The position numbers were made by a program, and so were the translations under genes. The notes under the pieces are model-generated. The model was not told where the DNA came from. It saw only the letters and a list, made by a program, of their open reading frames with translations, and ran no database searches. A stretch of DNA of 64,000 nt from a virus, in the IMG/VR virus record IMGVR_UViG_3300035193_000030, positions 8,077 to 72,076 of that record. One strand, given 5' to 3'. Below, piece by piece: positions 40,858 through 51,382 of this stretch; position 1 is the stretch's first letter, and the number at the start of each line of letters is the position of its first letter.

Positions 40858-41210
40858 TATTTTATCGTTTCTATAATTATACTTACATAATGATCATTTA
40901 ATCCTCTTAATTTTAATTCTTTCTTCATTTTCATTTTGAATATAAATAGATCAGCTCTTTTATTATTTACTTTTTCATAAGCCCATCTTCTTTTCACTAG
41001 ATCAACAATTTCTAATACTAATTCTTTTTCATCAATTCCTTCTTCTTTATTTTCCTTAATCCACGCATCAACTAAAGGCTTAAATATAGATGTCTTTGTT
41101 GTTCTCTTAGCAAGAGCATAAAGAGTTATGTATTGGAAGGTATATTGGGGAATCATAGCCCCAATATACACAACTTCATTTCTCTCTTTAGATCTTTTAA
41201 GTAAAGGCAT
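40857..41210 (-). CDS. Hypothetical protein (possible RHH DNA binder)
   Basis: Operon-coupled ORF. Confidence 0.6.
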   Translation of the reverse strand: MPLLKRSKERNEVVYIGAMIPQYTFQYITLYALAKRTTKTSIFKPLVDAWIKENKEEGIDEKELVLEIVDLVKRRWAYEKVNNKRADLFIFKMKMKKELKLRGLNDHYVSIIIETIK

Positions 41211-41212
41211 AA

Positions 41213-42466
41213 TTAATTATTTTCTGCTTCGTCAATACAATTTTCCCATACCGTACATGTATCACAATCATCATAACGATTTACATCTTCCCCAAAAGTA
41301 TGTCCATGAGGACATTTATCTTTTGATGTTGAAGTTTTCCCTTTTTTTGCTTTTGTCTTAATTTGTTCTTCCTCATCCTCATCTTCCTCATCCTCGATTT
41401 CTACAATTTTCTTTTTATTTTTACCTCGTCTTACAGGTTTTTCCTCTTCTTCTTCCTCTTCTATTATAACCTTCTTTTGTTTTTCTTTTGGTATTGATAT
41501 ATCAAGTTCCTTTGCTATTACTTTCCTTAAGGTAATAATATCATCGTCATAATCTTCTGTATCAATTTTTAGATCAAATTCTTCAATTATTCCTTCTAAT
41601 TTAATAAGGCTTTTTCCTTTAATATCATCCCATGTTAATGAATTATCAGTAGATGTGTCTTGTCTTTTTGTTTTTCTTTTTCGTACTGACCTTTCTTCTT
41701 CCTCCTCTTCAATTTCTTCCTCTTGTTCTTCTACCTCATAAAATTTTGCATTTATTTCTTCGTATGATAAAATTTTTAATACTTCATCTAAATTAGGAAC
41801 ATCTTCTAAAATAGATTCATCGTATGAATCTGTTCTTTCAACAAAATCAATACGACTAGCTTCTGGATAAGGTTTTGCAGTTTTCATCTGACCAGGAACA
41901 AATCGCACTTTTAATGTTAGCCCATCTTCTAAGTCAGGAAATACTTCATAATCAGAATTTTCTTCAATTTCATCATTTAATAAGTTTTGAAACAAATGCT
42001 GAGACATATCCCAAATGTGTGGGATTTCTTCAAAATCTTTCATTCCTTTAGGTATTATAATATAAAGATTTCTTAATGATGCCTTTAAAGAATCTAATTC
42101 TGTTTTTTCAGCTTTTTCTAAAATCCTTTTTGAACGATACTCACAAACAGGACATTTTTTACCTATTGTTGTAGGACAGACAATTGTATCATTGTCTACT
42201 CCTACATTCCTGTGAATCTTAAACGGTTTTTTGTACCATAAGCTTTCTTCGAGTGCAACATCATTTTCTTCATTTCGATCCATGTGTTTAGGATCTGTAA
42301 CTTCATAAGGAATAATATCGAAAGTGGCCTTTCCATTAGGATTTACTGAAAAGACATTTATTCCTTTAGGTAATTGAAGATAACCATAAGTGGAAGCTGC
42401 ACGTTTCTGATTCTGTACATTACTTCCTACTTTACCTGCAAACTGACTTTTTCTTTTTTTACTCAT
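41213..42466 (-). CDS. gp32-like ssDNA-binding protein with acidic linker and C-terminal Cys cluster
   Basis: H..VG....IVCP..IGKKCPVCE, poly-Glu tract, CPHGH.FG....DDCDTC.VWENC. Confidence 0.75.
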   Translation of the reverse strand: MSKKRKSQFAGKVGSNVQNQKRAASTYGYLQLPKGINVFSVNPNGKATFDIIPYEVTDPKHMDRNEENDVALEESLWYKKPFKIHRNVGVDNDTIVCPTTIGKKCPVCEYRSKRILEKAEKTELDSLKASLRNLYIIIPKGMKDFEEIPHIWDMSQHLFQNLLNDEIEENSDYEVFPDLEDGLTLKVRFVPGQMKTAKPYPEASRIDFVERTDSYDESILEDVPNLDEVLKILSYEEINAKFYEVEEQEEEIEEEEEERSVRKRKTKRQDTSTDNSLTWDDIKGKSLIKLEGIIEEFDLKIDTEDYDDDIITLRKVIAKELDISIPKEKQKKVIIEEEEEEEKPVRRGKNKKKIVEIEDEEDEDEEEQIKTKAKKGKTSTSKDKCPHGHTFGEDVNRYDDCDTCTVWENCIDEAENN

Positions 42467-42483
42467 TTGTATTTCATTTTAAA

Positions 42484-42975
42484 TTAAACATATCTTGGGT
42501 TTCTTTTTTTCATTTTGTTTGCTATTTTTTCATCTGCGTTTTCTTGTCTTAATTTACGTTCATCAGTTAAAATTCTTGGAACTTTTGGGCCTGCAAAGTA
42601 TTGCATACCATATAATTTAACCATATTCTCCAAAGCGTCTTTTCTTTGGTAAACAGCATTTAATGCTGCCTGAGCCACATCCAATTCGTATTTTGACTGG
42701 ATGTAGGTTTCGTTTACTTCTTTAAACTTGGATTGTCTTAGTATTGTGGCTTGGATAACCCCTTCTGTTATTTTTTCTATGTCATATTTTTCTGGATTTT
42801 TCCTTATTTTTCTATCAATTTCAGCCTTAATCAAATCTAATTCTTCTTTTATTTCATCGAGTGTTTTTCTACATCCAGCAACATGTTTTGCGTAACGAAG
42901 TAATAATGAAGGTTGTTCTAACCATTCTACATCTAATGCAGTTTCGTCAATTCTAATGTCTTGTTCATAATTCAT
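42484..42975 (-). CDS. UvsY-like recombination mediator
   Basis: IDETALDVEWLEQP, KITE, QRKDALE; adjacent to SSB. Confidence 0.65.
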   Translation of the reverse strand: MNYEQDIRIDETALDVEWLEQPSLLLRYAKHVAGCRKTLDEIKEELDLIKAEIDRKIRKNPEKYDIEKITEGVIQATILRQSKFKEVNETYIQSKYELDVAQAALNAVYQRKDALENMVKLYGMQYFAGPKVPRILTDERKLRQENADEKIANKMKKRNPRYV

Positions 42976-43125
42976 TTTTGTTCAATTTTATAGTTATACC
43001 CTAATAAAAAATATTTAGCACATTTATTATGTTCCATTATAATGGACATCTTATGACATCGTGTCATTTTGTCTAATAACACAAAATCATCTTTTATTAT
43101 TTCTTTAGCATGTTCAATATCCATT

Positions 43126-44040
43126 TTATTCTGATTTATAGATTGAATAACAAGCAAAAGTCAAACCTGGAAATCCTGTATTATAAAATGGCTCTATCAT
43201 TTGTTCCATTATAAAACCAGCCTGAACATTATCTGATTTTAATAATACTGACTGCATATACCCAAGTATAATTCTACGAATTGTTTCCGGTTCTTGATCT
43301 TTTAAATTAAGCAATACCTTTGAGATTAATTTCCAATTACTTCTTTGTAATAAAGCTCTGCATAATTCAATTATTTCAGATTGTTCCTCAGCGGCTTTTA
43401 AAGCTACTTCTGCTCTTTTTTCTAAAGGTACACTTAACACCTGTTCAAGAATTTGTATGGCGTTTCGTGGGTGTCCTAATGAATTTTGTGAAATTTGTTC
43501 TAATATTTCTAATGGAATTCTTTCTTTTTCACCTCTTGAAATATTTCGCAATAGCCCCACCATTTGCTGTTCATTTAATGGCTTCACCTGGAATTGTTGA
43601 CAACGACCCCTTATTGTAGATAGTAATTTTTGTGGGTCGGTTGTACAAAGTATAAAATAGGCATGAGAAGGAGGATCTTCAAGAATTTTAAGTAAAGCAT
43701 TTTGTGCATCATTTGTCGCTTTATGAACCTCATCCAATAACCATACTCTACAATCACCTTCTAACGGTTGGTAGGTTGCATTTTCACGAATTTCTCGTAT
43801 TGTGTCAATTCCTCTGAATTGTCCTGAATCAACCTCTCTAAAATCATAGCCTTTGCATCCTAATTCTTTTGCAATAATTCTTCCTATTGTAGTTTTCCCA
43901 CAACCTGTTTCACCGTAAATTAAAAAACTATGTGGGCATTTTTCCTTAGTTAAAAGCATGTTCTGTAATGAAAGAATAATGTCTGTATTCCCTTTTACTT
44001 CTTCTAATGTTTGTGGGCGATATTTGTGATATAAGCTCAT
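43126..44040 (-). CDS. dnaX: DnaX-like clamp loader AAA+ ATPase
   Basis: LYHKYRP, GETGCGKTT, LDEVH, NALLK.LE, TI.GRC. Confidence 0.92.
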   Translation of the reverse strand: MSLYHKYRPQTLEEVKGNTDIILSLQNMLLTKEKCPHSFLIYGETGCGKTTIGRIIAKELGCKGYDFREVDSGQFRGIDTIREIRENATYQPLEGDCRVWLLDEVHKATNDAQNALLKILEDPPSHAYFILCTTDPQKLLSTIRGRCQQFQVKPLNEQQMVGLLRNISRGEKERIPLEILEQISQNSLGHPRNAIQILEQVLSVPLEKRAEVALKAAEEQSEIIELCRALLQRSNWKLISKVLLNLKDQEPETIRRIILGYMQSVLLKSDNVQAGFIMEQMIEPFYNTGFPGLTFACYSIYKSE

Positions 44041-44042
44041 AT

Positions 44043-44363
44043 TTAATTTGAATTAAACTTATTGATTTGTCCTACTAATATTTCTTTTTCTTTATCTGCA
44101 TATCCTTTTTTGTAGAAACTAAATAATAATTCTGTTAATGTATTCATAAATTTATATAAATCTATAAAATTTGTAGGTTTAGCAATGTTCGTATTTTGTT
44201 CAAGAAAAAGTTTATACTCATTTATTAGTTCAGCTTTTATTCTTATTTCTTCGTCTTTTGTTTTCATTTTCTTTAATTTTTTATTAGTAAAGTTACATTT
44301 TATTTTTATATTTAAAACCAATCCACGAACAATATAACCTTGTAAGTGTCTTATCATTATCAT
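44043..44363 (-). CDS. Hypothetical protein (start probably at MKTKDEE)
   Basis: Operon-spaced ORF. Confidence 0.5.
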   Translation of the reverse strand: MIMIRHLQGYIVRGLVLNIKIKCNFTNKKLKKMKTKDEEIRIKAELINEYKLFLEQNTNIAKPTNFIDLYKFMNTLTELLFSFYKKGYADKEKEILVGQINKFNSN

Positions 44364-44463
44364 TTGGTTTAATATTAGAATGTCTTATTAGTTCTTCTGC
44401 CGCAGTACATCTATTCTTCCAATACTCAATTTTTTCATCGTTTGTCCTCATATTATTATATTT

Positions 44464-45900
44464 TTAAATTAAACATTTTTCTCTATCAGCCCAACTGGCA
44501 TCAATCGGACATATTTCAGCTTCAATATTTAAAGGCACAATAATCCAATCCCAAGTCTTCGGTAGTAAAATACAGGTAATTTCTTTTACTCTTTCTTTTA
44601 CCATGTCTAACTCTTTTGGGTAAACATCAAATATAAGTGAATCATGTATCTGCCCAACAATTTGTGTTCTCCAATTTTCTTTGATCATCATCTTATCAAT
44701 TTCAATAAGAGACCACAGTAAACAATGGAAAGCAGCTCCCTGCACAGGGTAATTAATAACATCGTTTTTCCCCATCACACCACTGCAATGAAACCCTGTT
44801 TTCATTACAAAATATCCATATTTTTGGTACGTGTGATACCAATCAATTTTCCATTGATTATATTCATAGAATCTATTGTTCCAAAAATCATTTTCAATTT
44901 CCTTTATATGATCAACAAATTCATCAAAACTCAGTATACTTCTACACAATAAATGATTGGATATATACTCTTTTGTACCTTTGTCTGTTTCATTCAAAAT
45001 AATACCTTCATTTGTTTTCCATCTTCTTTGTGGAAGTTTAACCCATTCAGCGATATTTATTGCACAATTCTTATAATAATCACCATAAAATTGAGGGAAC
45101 ACAAATCCATTTTTTGCAGCTTGCCTCATTACGTTATGAGAAGGAATTGATTTATCTATTTTATCAAATCCAAAAATTTGTTTTGCTATATCTGCATGCA
45201 TATCGGAGGTAGGATTATTAATATAATTTATCATGTTTTCATCTTTATGATAGCAAGCTGATACACGAACCTCTATACCTGAAAAGTCAATTTCTAATAA
45301 TTGGTTTCCTTTACTTGGGTATAATGCTTTTCTACACATCTGCATTGCTTCTTCATCACGTTTCGGAAGATTCTGAAAATTTGGACTATCAGAACTTGAT
45401 CTAAAGGTACGAACTAAATGTAGATTAAAAAATGGATGTATTACACCTTTTACCTGTTCCCTTTCAAATGAAGATAAGTAAGTGTCCCTTATTTTTTTTA
45501 ATTTTCTCATTTCTAAGATCATATCTAACTCAGGAATATTTAATTGTTTTAGAGTTTCTTCATCTGTTGATCCTTGCCCTGTTTCTGTAAATTTTACAGG
45601 TTTTAATTTACGTACGGTATAAAGGTAATAAGCTAATTGTGCGTTTGAATTTATATTTATTGTTGAATTTGTAGAATATTGCCAACGTTTATAAAATTTT
45701 GTATTATAAAATATTTTTTCCATTCGTTCAATACGACGGGTAATATGTGGTTTCTTTCTCCTGATGTAATCTAAATCAACACGTATACCATGTTGTTCTG
45801 CTCGTATAAGAGCTAATGTTCCTTCATGCAGTAATTTGTAAGCTTCGTGCGTTCTAGGATTTATTATCATTATTTTATTCTTTATTTTTAATTTTGTCAT
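44464..45900 (-). CDS. Family A DNA polymerase, polymerase domain only
   Basis: SSDSPNFQN, DFSGIEVR (motif A), RQAAKNGFVFPQFYG (motif B), NYPVQG, QIHDS (motif C). Confidence 0.93.
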   Translation of the reverse strand: MTKLKIKNKIMIINPRTHEAYKLLHEGTLALIRAEQHGIRVDLDYIRRKKPHITRRIERMEKIFYNTKFYKRWQYSTNSTININSNAQLAYYLYTVRKLKPVKFTETGQGSTDEETLKQLNIPELDMILEMRKLKKIRDTYLSSFEREQVKGVIHPFFNLHLVRTFRSSSDSPNFQNLPKRDEEAMQMCRKALYPSKGNQLLEIDFSGIEVRVSACYHKDENMINYINNPTSDMHADIAKQIFGFDKIDKSIPSHNVMRQAAKNGFVFPQFYGDYYKNCAINIAEWVKLPQRRWKTNEGIILNETDKGTKEYISNHLLCRSILSFDEFVDHIKEIENDFWNNRFYEYNQWKIDWYHTYQKYGYFVMKTGFHCSGVMGKNDVINYPVQGAAFHCLLWSLIEIDKMMIKENWRTQIVGQIHDSLIFDVYPKELDMVKERVKEITCILLPKTWDWIIVPLNIEAEICPIDASWADREKCLI

Positions 45901-46064
45901 TAATTAGTTATAAATTCTGGGTAAACCCAATATATAATTCCTTTTTCTATATCTTTTATTACATACCATATATCATAAATCCAACCTATTATAATTCCTG
46001 GTTTCTGTACTAATTGTTCTGTCTTAAACCAAACTAATTCATCTTTGTTAAAATGGCAGATCAT
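45900..46064 (-). CDS. 54-aa protein between the polymerase halves (not in the ORF track)
   Basis: MICHFNKDELVWFKTEQLVQKPGIIIGW...; TAATG overlap with the polymerase start. Confidence 0.5.
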   Translation of the reverse strand: MICHFNKDELVWFKTEQLVQKPGIIIGWIYDIWYVIKDIEKGIIYWVYPEFITN

Positions 46065-47286
46065 GGTATATTATATCTTTTAGTTTTTCCGCTAATCTGT
46101 ATTCGTAAATTGAATCCCATGCACAATAAGTTAATAACTTTTCTTTTCCTGACTCTGTTTTAATTAAATCAATTATTCTGTTAAATTCATTTGCATTTTT
46201 TTCATCTCCTACTGATTTCAAATAAGGTTCTATTTCACTTGAATAGTCAATAATACCAAAATTCACATATACTTGAAATTTCAATCCTGTAATACTTTGT
46301 CTGTTATCCATAATATGAGATGCTAACATTGTATCAAAATTCCAACCTTTCACTTCTGTTCTCAACCTAACTTTACTCCATGTATGTTCAAATTTCATAT
46401 TTTGAGCGACCTTCTCTATATTATTATTTTCTAATACACGTATAAAAGGAGCTATTTTACTTCTCTCATTTGGTATCATAAATACGTAGCATAGTTCACT
46501 ACTTACAGCAACCGAAGCACAAATTATTCTGTGTCCAATTCCATGTGGTTTTATTCCTGTAGTTTCAAAATCAAAGGCAATTACTTGCCCTTCATTAATA
46601 TTATCTAAAATAGATAAATCTTCGATTATTTTTATTTTTGCTTTCTTCTTTTTTTTCACAGGTATATCTATTTTACTTATTGCTAGTTCTAAATCTTGTT
46701 TCCAAATTAATTTGACTACGGGCATATCTTGTGAACGTTCAACATAACTAGGGTGAAATGTAGGAATGATCCAACTATTAAAATCTTGATCAGGAATTGC
46801 CCAACCTCTCCATTTGGAAATACCATCCATATTCTTTTTCCATCTGTGTCCTATTATACTATATAAAGCACTTTTCCCAAGTAATATTATTATATTTGGT
46901 TCATACTGTTTAATTGCTTTTAAAACCTTTACCGATCTACAACATTCTATTTCAGCATTTGTAGGGGTTCTGTTATATCCTTGTTTATCAGTTGGTCTAC
47001 AATTTACTGCATTTAAAACAATACAATCTTCAAATAGGTTAATATTTAAATTAGATAAAGTATTTCTTAATAATATCCCGGTCTTCCCTTGGAAAGGTTT
47101 TCCTCGTGCATCTTCAATTTCCCCTGGGGCTTCGCCAATAATCATAATTCCTTTACCAAACGTGCCATATGGTTGCATTCTTGCGGACTTACAAGTTCTA
47201 TATAACCCGCAAGAAGAACAACTGTGTATTCTCCCATCTGGACGTGTTATTGAATCTGTTTTCTTTTTATTAAAAAATCCGTTCAT
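46048..47286 (-). CDS. Family-4 uracil-DNA glycosylase fused to PolA 3'-5' exonuclease
   Basis: CSSCGL, GEAPG..ED..G.PF.G, CRP, FHPSY; then DFETTG, QNMKFE, DTMLA, YCAWD. Confidence 0.9.
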   Translation of the reverse strand: MNGFFNKKKTDSITRPDGRIHSCSSCGLYRTCKSARMQPYGTFGKGIMIIGEAPGEIEDARGKPFQGKTGILLRNTLSNLNINLFEDCIVLNAVNCRPTDKQGYNRTPTNAEIECCRSVKVLKAIKQYEPNIIILLGKSALYSIIGHRWKKNMDGISKWRGWAIPDQDFNSWIIPTFHPSYVERSQDMPVVKLIWKQDLELAISKIDIPVKKKKKAKIKIIEDLSILDNINEGQVIAFDFETTGIKPHGIGHRIICASVAVSSELCYVFMIPNERSKIAPFIRVLENNNIEKVAQNMKFEHTWSKVRLRTEVKGWNFDTMLASHIMDNRQSITGLKFQVYVNFGIIDYSSEIEPYLKSVGDEKNANEFNRIIDLIKTESGKEKLLTYCAWDSIYEYRLAEKLKDIIYHDLPF

Positions 47287-47289
47287 TCT

Positions 47290-48288
47290 TTAAAATTTTT
47301 TTGCTAAAGCTACATTATATTGAAATTCCCCTGGCATTTCAAATTTAATCACTCTTTCCCCAATTATTCCTTTTTTCGTAACTGATAGAATATCTTTAAA
47401 TAATTCAGGTGTAATGGAAATGTCTATCTCATTTTCATAACGAATATTCAATGTTTCTTCAAACCAGGAGGTTTCATTAGAACTTTTTATTCTTATTTTA
47501 TTTTCTTTAATATGAATGTCTACACAAGTATTTGTAAAAATAGTAGCTCGCTCTAATGTATCTAATATTAAATTTGGGAAAACTATTTCTTCCCCTTGTA
47601 CTTTCAATAGATCGTCAAAATTAACATACGTATCATCTTGAAATATTCTACATGATAAATTACAACCTTCCTCATTCATAAAATGAATCCATCCTTTTCC
47701 TTTTGCAACATTAGATGGATTCATTTTTATTACTTCTTTTACATTGTTTACTGGGATTAATGTATTATCTAGTACCCAATTTCCTTTCAATTCATATTTA
47801 CATATTCGAAAATTATCTGTTGCTTCAACATATCCATCTTTATTAATATGGATACAGGTGAGTAAAGGACGAGAGTAATCATTCGATGCTGCATGACTTG
47901 AAAAGGTTAATGCTTTTATAAAATTTTCAGGTAATGTCCTCCATCTACCTATATCTTTTATTTCTTCCAAAGGTAATTTTATTTCGTCTTGGATAGCCAA
48001 GCCAGCTTTTATTCTTCCACATTTCAACAAAATCTGTTTTCCTTCTAATTCCAATTCAATTTCATCTTTTCTTAACCGAGTAAGAAGTTTATACAATTCA
48101 TCTGCTTTTATAGCCCCAGTAATATCTAACCCTTCAATAGGGTATGAAAGACTTATCTCATTATTATATGTAACAACTTTATCCCCTATGAAAGCAAACG
48201 AGGTTGTTTGTTCAATTAATTCCCTATCAGCCAAACCTGGTTTAACTGCCTCTAGGGCTTTTACTAATTCGTTTCTACTTATTTGCAT
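47290..48288 (-). CDS. DNA sliding clamp (DnaN-like)
   Basis: ASND.SRPLLTCI, ATDNFRI; next to clamp loader and polymerase. Confidence 0.75.
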   Translation of the reverse strand: MQISRNELVKALEAVKPGLADRELIEQTTSFAFIGDKVVTYNNEISLSYPIEGLDITGAIKADELYKLLTRLRKDEIELELEGKQILLKCGRIKAGLAIQDEIKLPLEEIKDIGRWRTLPENFIKALTFSSHAASNDYSRPLLTCIHINKDGYVEATDNFRICKYELKGNWVLDNTLIPVNNVKEVIKMNPSNVAKGKGWIHFMNEEGCNLSCRIFQDDTYVNFDDLLKVQGEEIVFPNLILDTLERATIFTNTCVDIHIKENKIRIKSSNETSWFEETLNIRYENEIDISITPELFKDILSVTKKGIIGERVIKFEMPGEFQYNVALAKKF

Positions 48289-48345
48289 ATAATTAAATTT
48301 TAAAAAATCCTTTTGTTATATTATTTAAAAATTTATCAAATTCCA

Positions 48346-49845
48346 TTAAATATAAAAATTATTTTTTATTTTCTTCATATCCCCTTTATAAAAAATCAAT
48401 ATATTTTGATGTGATTTTCCAATTTTTCTTGATATTTTAAAAGTATTCCCTGTTCTTAAAAAAAGTGATCCAATAGGTGTTTGGTATACAATATCATTAT
48501 AAAAAACCATTCCATATCTTTTAAATATTTCTATCGTATCCCCTACGAAATTTCGCAATTCCCCCGTTTTTTTATCCCTAAAATTACTTACAACTACGCA
48601 AGCAAACCTATTTTCTTTTAATTTGTTAATAGCTTTTTGTAAAATCCGACCATACATAAATATAAAACGTTCATATGTCATATTACTAATATCTTCTTTT
48701 AAATCACTATATTTTTCCATATTACCATACGGGGGGCACGTAAAAATAAAATCTGATTCTGGTGCTTTTTTTAATGTTTTATAAGAGTCACCACATACCC
48801 AAATTAAAAATTGTATGCTTTTGTCTTTATTTACATGATCATTCCATTTTAAAATATCATATTTTTCATGATCAATTTCACAATATAAGTCATGGTCATA
48901 TATCCCATCTTTTATATACTTAATTATTTTATCTGTTTGCACATTTCCAAATAAAAATTGTAAACTTTGCTTGTGTGTTTCATAAATAGGCAATTTTCCT
49001 TCTTTAACTTTATAACACTTTAATAACCTATATCTATTTCGTACAATTAACGTATCATTGTTATTTATTGTAAATGGGCTAATTATACATCCAAATGGTT
49101 TATTGTTATTATCATGTAATGAACATAAGTTATCATTTCTCTTAAAAGGGCATTTATTATTTTCATTAGGTGTAAGTAAATTATCAACTATACCCCCCCC
49201 TAATTTAATTATTTTCTCTTGTTCAGTTAAATATATTGGAACGATTACCCCCTTATTTTTATCACTACTTTCACAACATTTTGCAAAACATATATTTTTT
49301 ATAAAATTCTCTGTACACGGATGAAACATTCGTTTTAGATAGGCAGGGCTTATTTTTATCTTTTTTTTGGCGGTGAGCCTGTTTTTAAATATTTCTTGTG
49401 CATTGTCATAATTAGCTTGAACTTGTTCCCCCCTTAACTCACCACCCCAATAACTATAACCCATACTTTTTGCAACTACCCCCCTTACTGAACCCCCAGC
49501 AAACGGGTCTAATATAACCCCATTGGCAATACAAAACCAAGAATACATTAATTCACACAGTACGGGGTCAAATACTGATGTACTATTATTAATCCAAACA
49601 TCAGACCCTCCTGTATACCCTTTATTTGTAATTCTTCCATCTGCATCTCTTCTTAATAAATTCCCTTTCCTTCCCCTTTCACTTTTTATACCTAAATTTA
49701 ACCATTGTCGTTTCCTGTCCAACCAAATTTTATCAAACCCACGTAATACAGAAAAAGGGGGGAATATAAATTTTCCTGATAACCCTATTTTTGTTAATTC
49801 TTTTACAGTAATGCCTAAGTTATTATTTAATTCTAATTTTTTCAT
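48346..49845 (-). CDS. N4/N6 DNA methyltransferase with an inserted YkgJ/CxxCxxCC-like Cys-cluster domain
   Basis: TSVFDPVLCE, DPFAGGSVRG (motif I), FTCPPY (motif IV), separated by C..C.AKCC...CPF....LCS.H....P..C...PF. Confidence 0.8.
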   Translation of the reverse strand: MKKLELNNNLGITVKELTKIGLSGKFIFPPFSVLRGFDKIWLDRKRQWLNLGIKSERGRKGNLLRRDADGRITNKGYTGGSDVWINNSTSVFDPVLCELMYSWFCIANGVILDPFAGGSVRGVVAKSMGYSYWGGELRGEQVQANYDNAQEIFKNRLTAKKKIKISPAYLKRMFHPCTENFIKNICFAKCCESSDKNKGVIVPIYLTEQEKIIKLGGGIVDNLLTPNENNKCPFKRNDNLCSLHDNNNKPFGCIISPFTINNNDTLIVRNRYRLLKCYKVKEGKLPIYETHKQSLQFLFGNVQTDKIIKYIKDGIYDHDLYCEIDHEKYDILKWNDHVNKDKSIQFLIWVCGDSYKTLKKAPESDFIFTCPPYGNMEKYSDLKEDISNMTYERFIFMYGRILQKAINKLKENRFACVVVSNFRDKKTGELRNFVGDTIEIFKRYGMVFYNDIVYQTPIGSLFLRTGNTFKISRKIGKSHQNILIFYKGDMKKIKNNFYI

Positions 49846-50640
49846 TTATTTTCCCCATAACATTATGTGTTCTCTCGATGTATAACGAACATTATGTTTA
49901 ATAGCCATTTCAACGGTCATTTGTTGGTTTGCAATTAATTCTTCTCGTGTAGAACCGCAAGGCATTAAAACAACCTGATCTTGTTTTATTAAACCATTTA
50001 TTATAAAATTTAACCCTATCTCATCCCAATCATCTTTACTTGTAATTACAAATTTGAACCATGAATTTTGTAAAGATGATAATTTTTTTAGGACAGATGT
50101 TATGTAACGTCTTTTTGTTAGATTTCCACTTGATGAAAGTTTTGGGGAATTATTCCATATATTAACGAAAGAAATCATCTGAGGCATAGGCATTATAGTA
50201 CATTCGTTTTCAATTTCTATAAATGGTTTAAAATGATATAATGCTTGGAATTTTTGGATAAATTTTATTATCATCTCTTGTTGTAATAATGGACTTCCTC
50301 CAGTAAATACCAAATGTTGCCCTTCCCGTAAATTTGAAATAACATCATATTCTTTCATTAATTCAAATAATTCATCTAATGTGTATGGATTTCCATAACG
50401 CCATACCTCTTTCGTATCACACCATACACAATTTAATGTACAAGATTGAAGTCTAAGGAAAGTACATGGATATCCTACAAAGTTTTCCCCTTGTATTGTA
50501 TTACAAAAAAATTCAGATACCTTTAAAAAATCTGTACTTCCAACATTCCTTTTAAAATTGGGATTCCCTTTAATTATTGTTGTCGGAAATTTCTGTGTCT
50601 GTAAATTGTTCATAACGTGCCATTGTTTTAGGTGTTTCAC
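49846..50640 (-). CDS. queE: 7-carboxy-7-deazaguanine synthase (radical SAM)
   Basis: E.F..TIQGE, FLRLQSCTLNCVWCDT, TGGSPLLQ, SPKL, FKFVI; start probably near 50613. Confidence 0.9.
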   Translation of the reverse strand: MKHLKQWHVMNNLQTQKFPTTIIKGNPNFKRNVGSTDFLKVSEFFCNTIQGENFVGYPCTFLRLQSCTLNCVWCDTKEVWRYGNPYTLDELFELMKEYDVISNLREGQHLVFTGGSPLLQQEMIIKFIQKFQALYHFKPFIEIENECTIMPMPQMISFVNIWNNSPKLSSSGNLTKRRYITSVLKKLSSLQNSWFKFVITSKDDWDEIGLNFIINGLIKQDQVVLMPCGSTREELIANQQMTVEMAIKHNVRYTSREHIMLWGK

Positions 50641-50956
50641 AAACTTCTATTGCATATAATAATGGGAATTGTTCTTTAAATATAGCATATAAATGCAATG
50701 CTATATTTTCAGCAGTGGGATTAAATGTACAAAAATCATTTAAGAATTTATGATCAAATGCTTTATCTAAATACTCTTTAATTGTATCTAGATCACGATA
50801 ATCCATTACAAATCCAATCTTGTCCAAAGCATTTGCCCGTAGTTCTACAATTACGACATAATTATGTCCATGATTTCTCACACAAGGATGATCTTGTGGT
50901 AAATTCAGCAAGCAATGCCCTGCTGAAAATGAAAATTCTTTTCTTATTATAAACAT
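50570..50956 (-). CDS. queD: 6-carboxytetrahydropterin synthase
   Basis: FSAGH, C..NHGHNY, DH..LN, PTAEN.A, ET. Confidence 0.93.
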   Translation of the reverse strand: MFIIRKEFSFSAGHCLLNLPQDHPCVRNHGHNYVVIVELRANALDKIGFVMDYRDLDTIKEYLDKAFDHKFLNDFCTFNPTAENIALHLYAIFKEQFPLLYAIEVCETPKTMARYEQFTDTEISDNNN

Positions 50957-51195
50957 GGGAATAAAGGTATTAATATTGTTAATAAAAAGAAAGCGTGATA
51001 AACAGAATACAAAAAAATTACGTAATAAGGGTAATTTATGCTAACATCCATTACCCCATTAAAAAAATAAGAAAATTTTGTTTTCTTTTTAAATCCGCCT
51101 AATATATCAAAAGTAAGGACAGCAAAAAAGCATAAGAACATAAACCCAATTCCAACGTAAGGAATCCATTCTAAAATTCTAAATATTGTTTTCAT
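50947..51195 (-). CDS. Small membrane protein
   Basis: Two hydrophobic segments. Confidence 0.5.
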   Translation of the reverse strand: MKTIFRILEWIPYVGIGFMFLCFFAVLTFDILGGFKKKTKFSYFFNGVMDVSINYPYYVIFLYSVYHAFFLLTILIPLFPCL

Positions 51196-51382
51196 TCTCC
51201 TTTATTATTTTACTTTTTGAATTGTAAATGATGTATTTGAATACTCAAAGTTGATTATTTCACCGTTTACTTCTATTATTTTTGGGGAAATGTTAATTTC
51301 TGTAATAATTACATTATTATTAGAATTGTATTCTTTAATCAATTCTTCTATTTTATTTATAAAATCACATGCGTTCATATAG

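Noticed and set aside
45900-46064. Intron between the polymerase halves
   Set aside because: The gap holds a coupled small ORF, both halves have plausible termini, and no group I/II features were seen
48820-49380. Intein in the methyltransferase
   Set aside because: No C/S start with HN-C/S/T end or LAGLIDADG motifs; the insert has a Cys-cluster pattern instead
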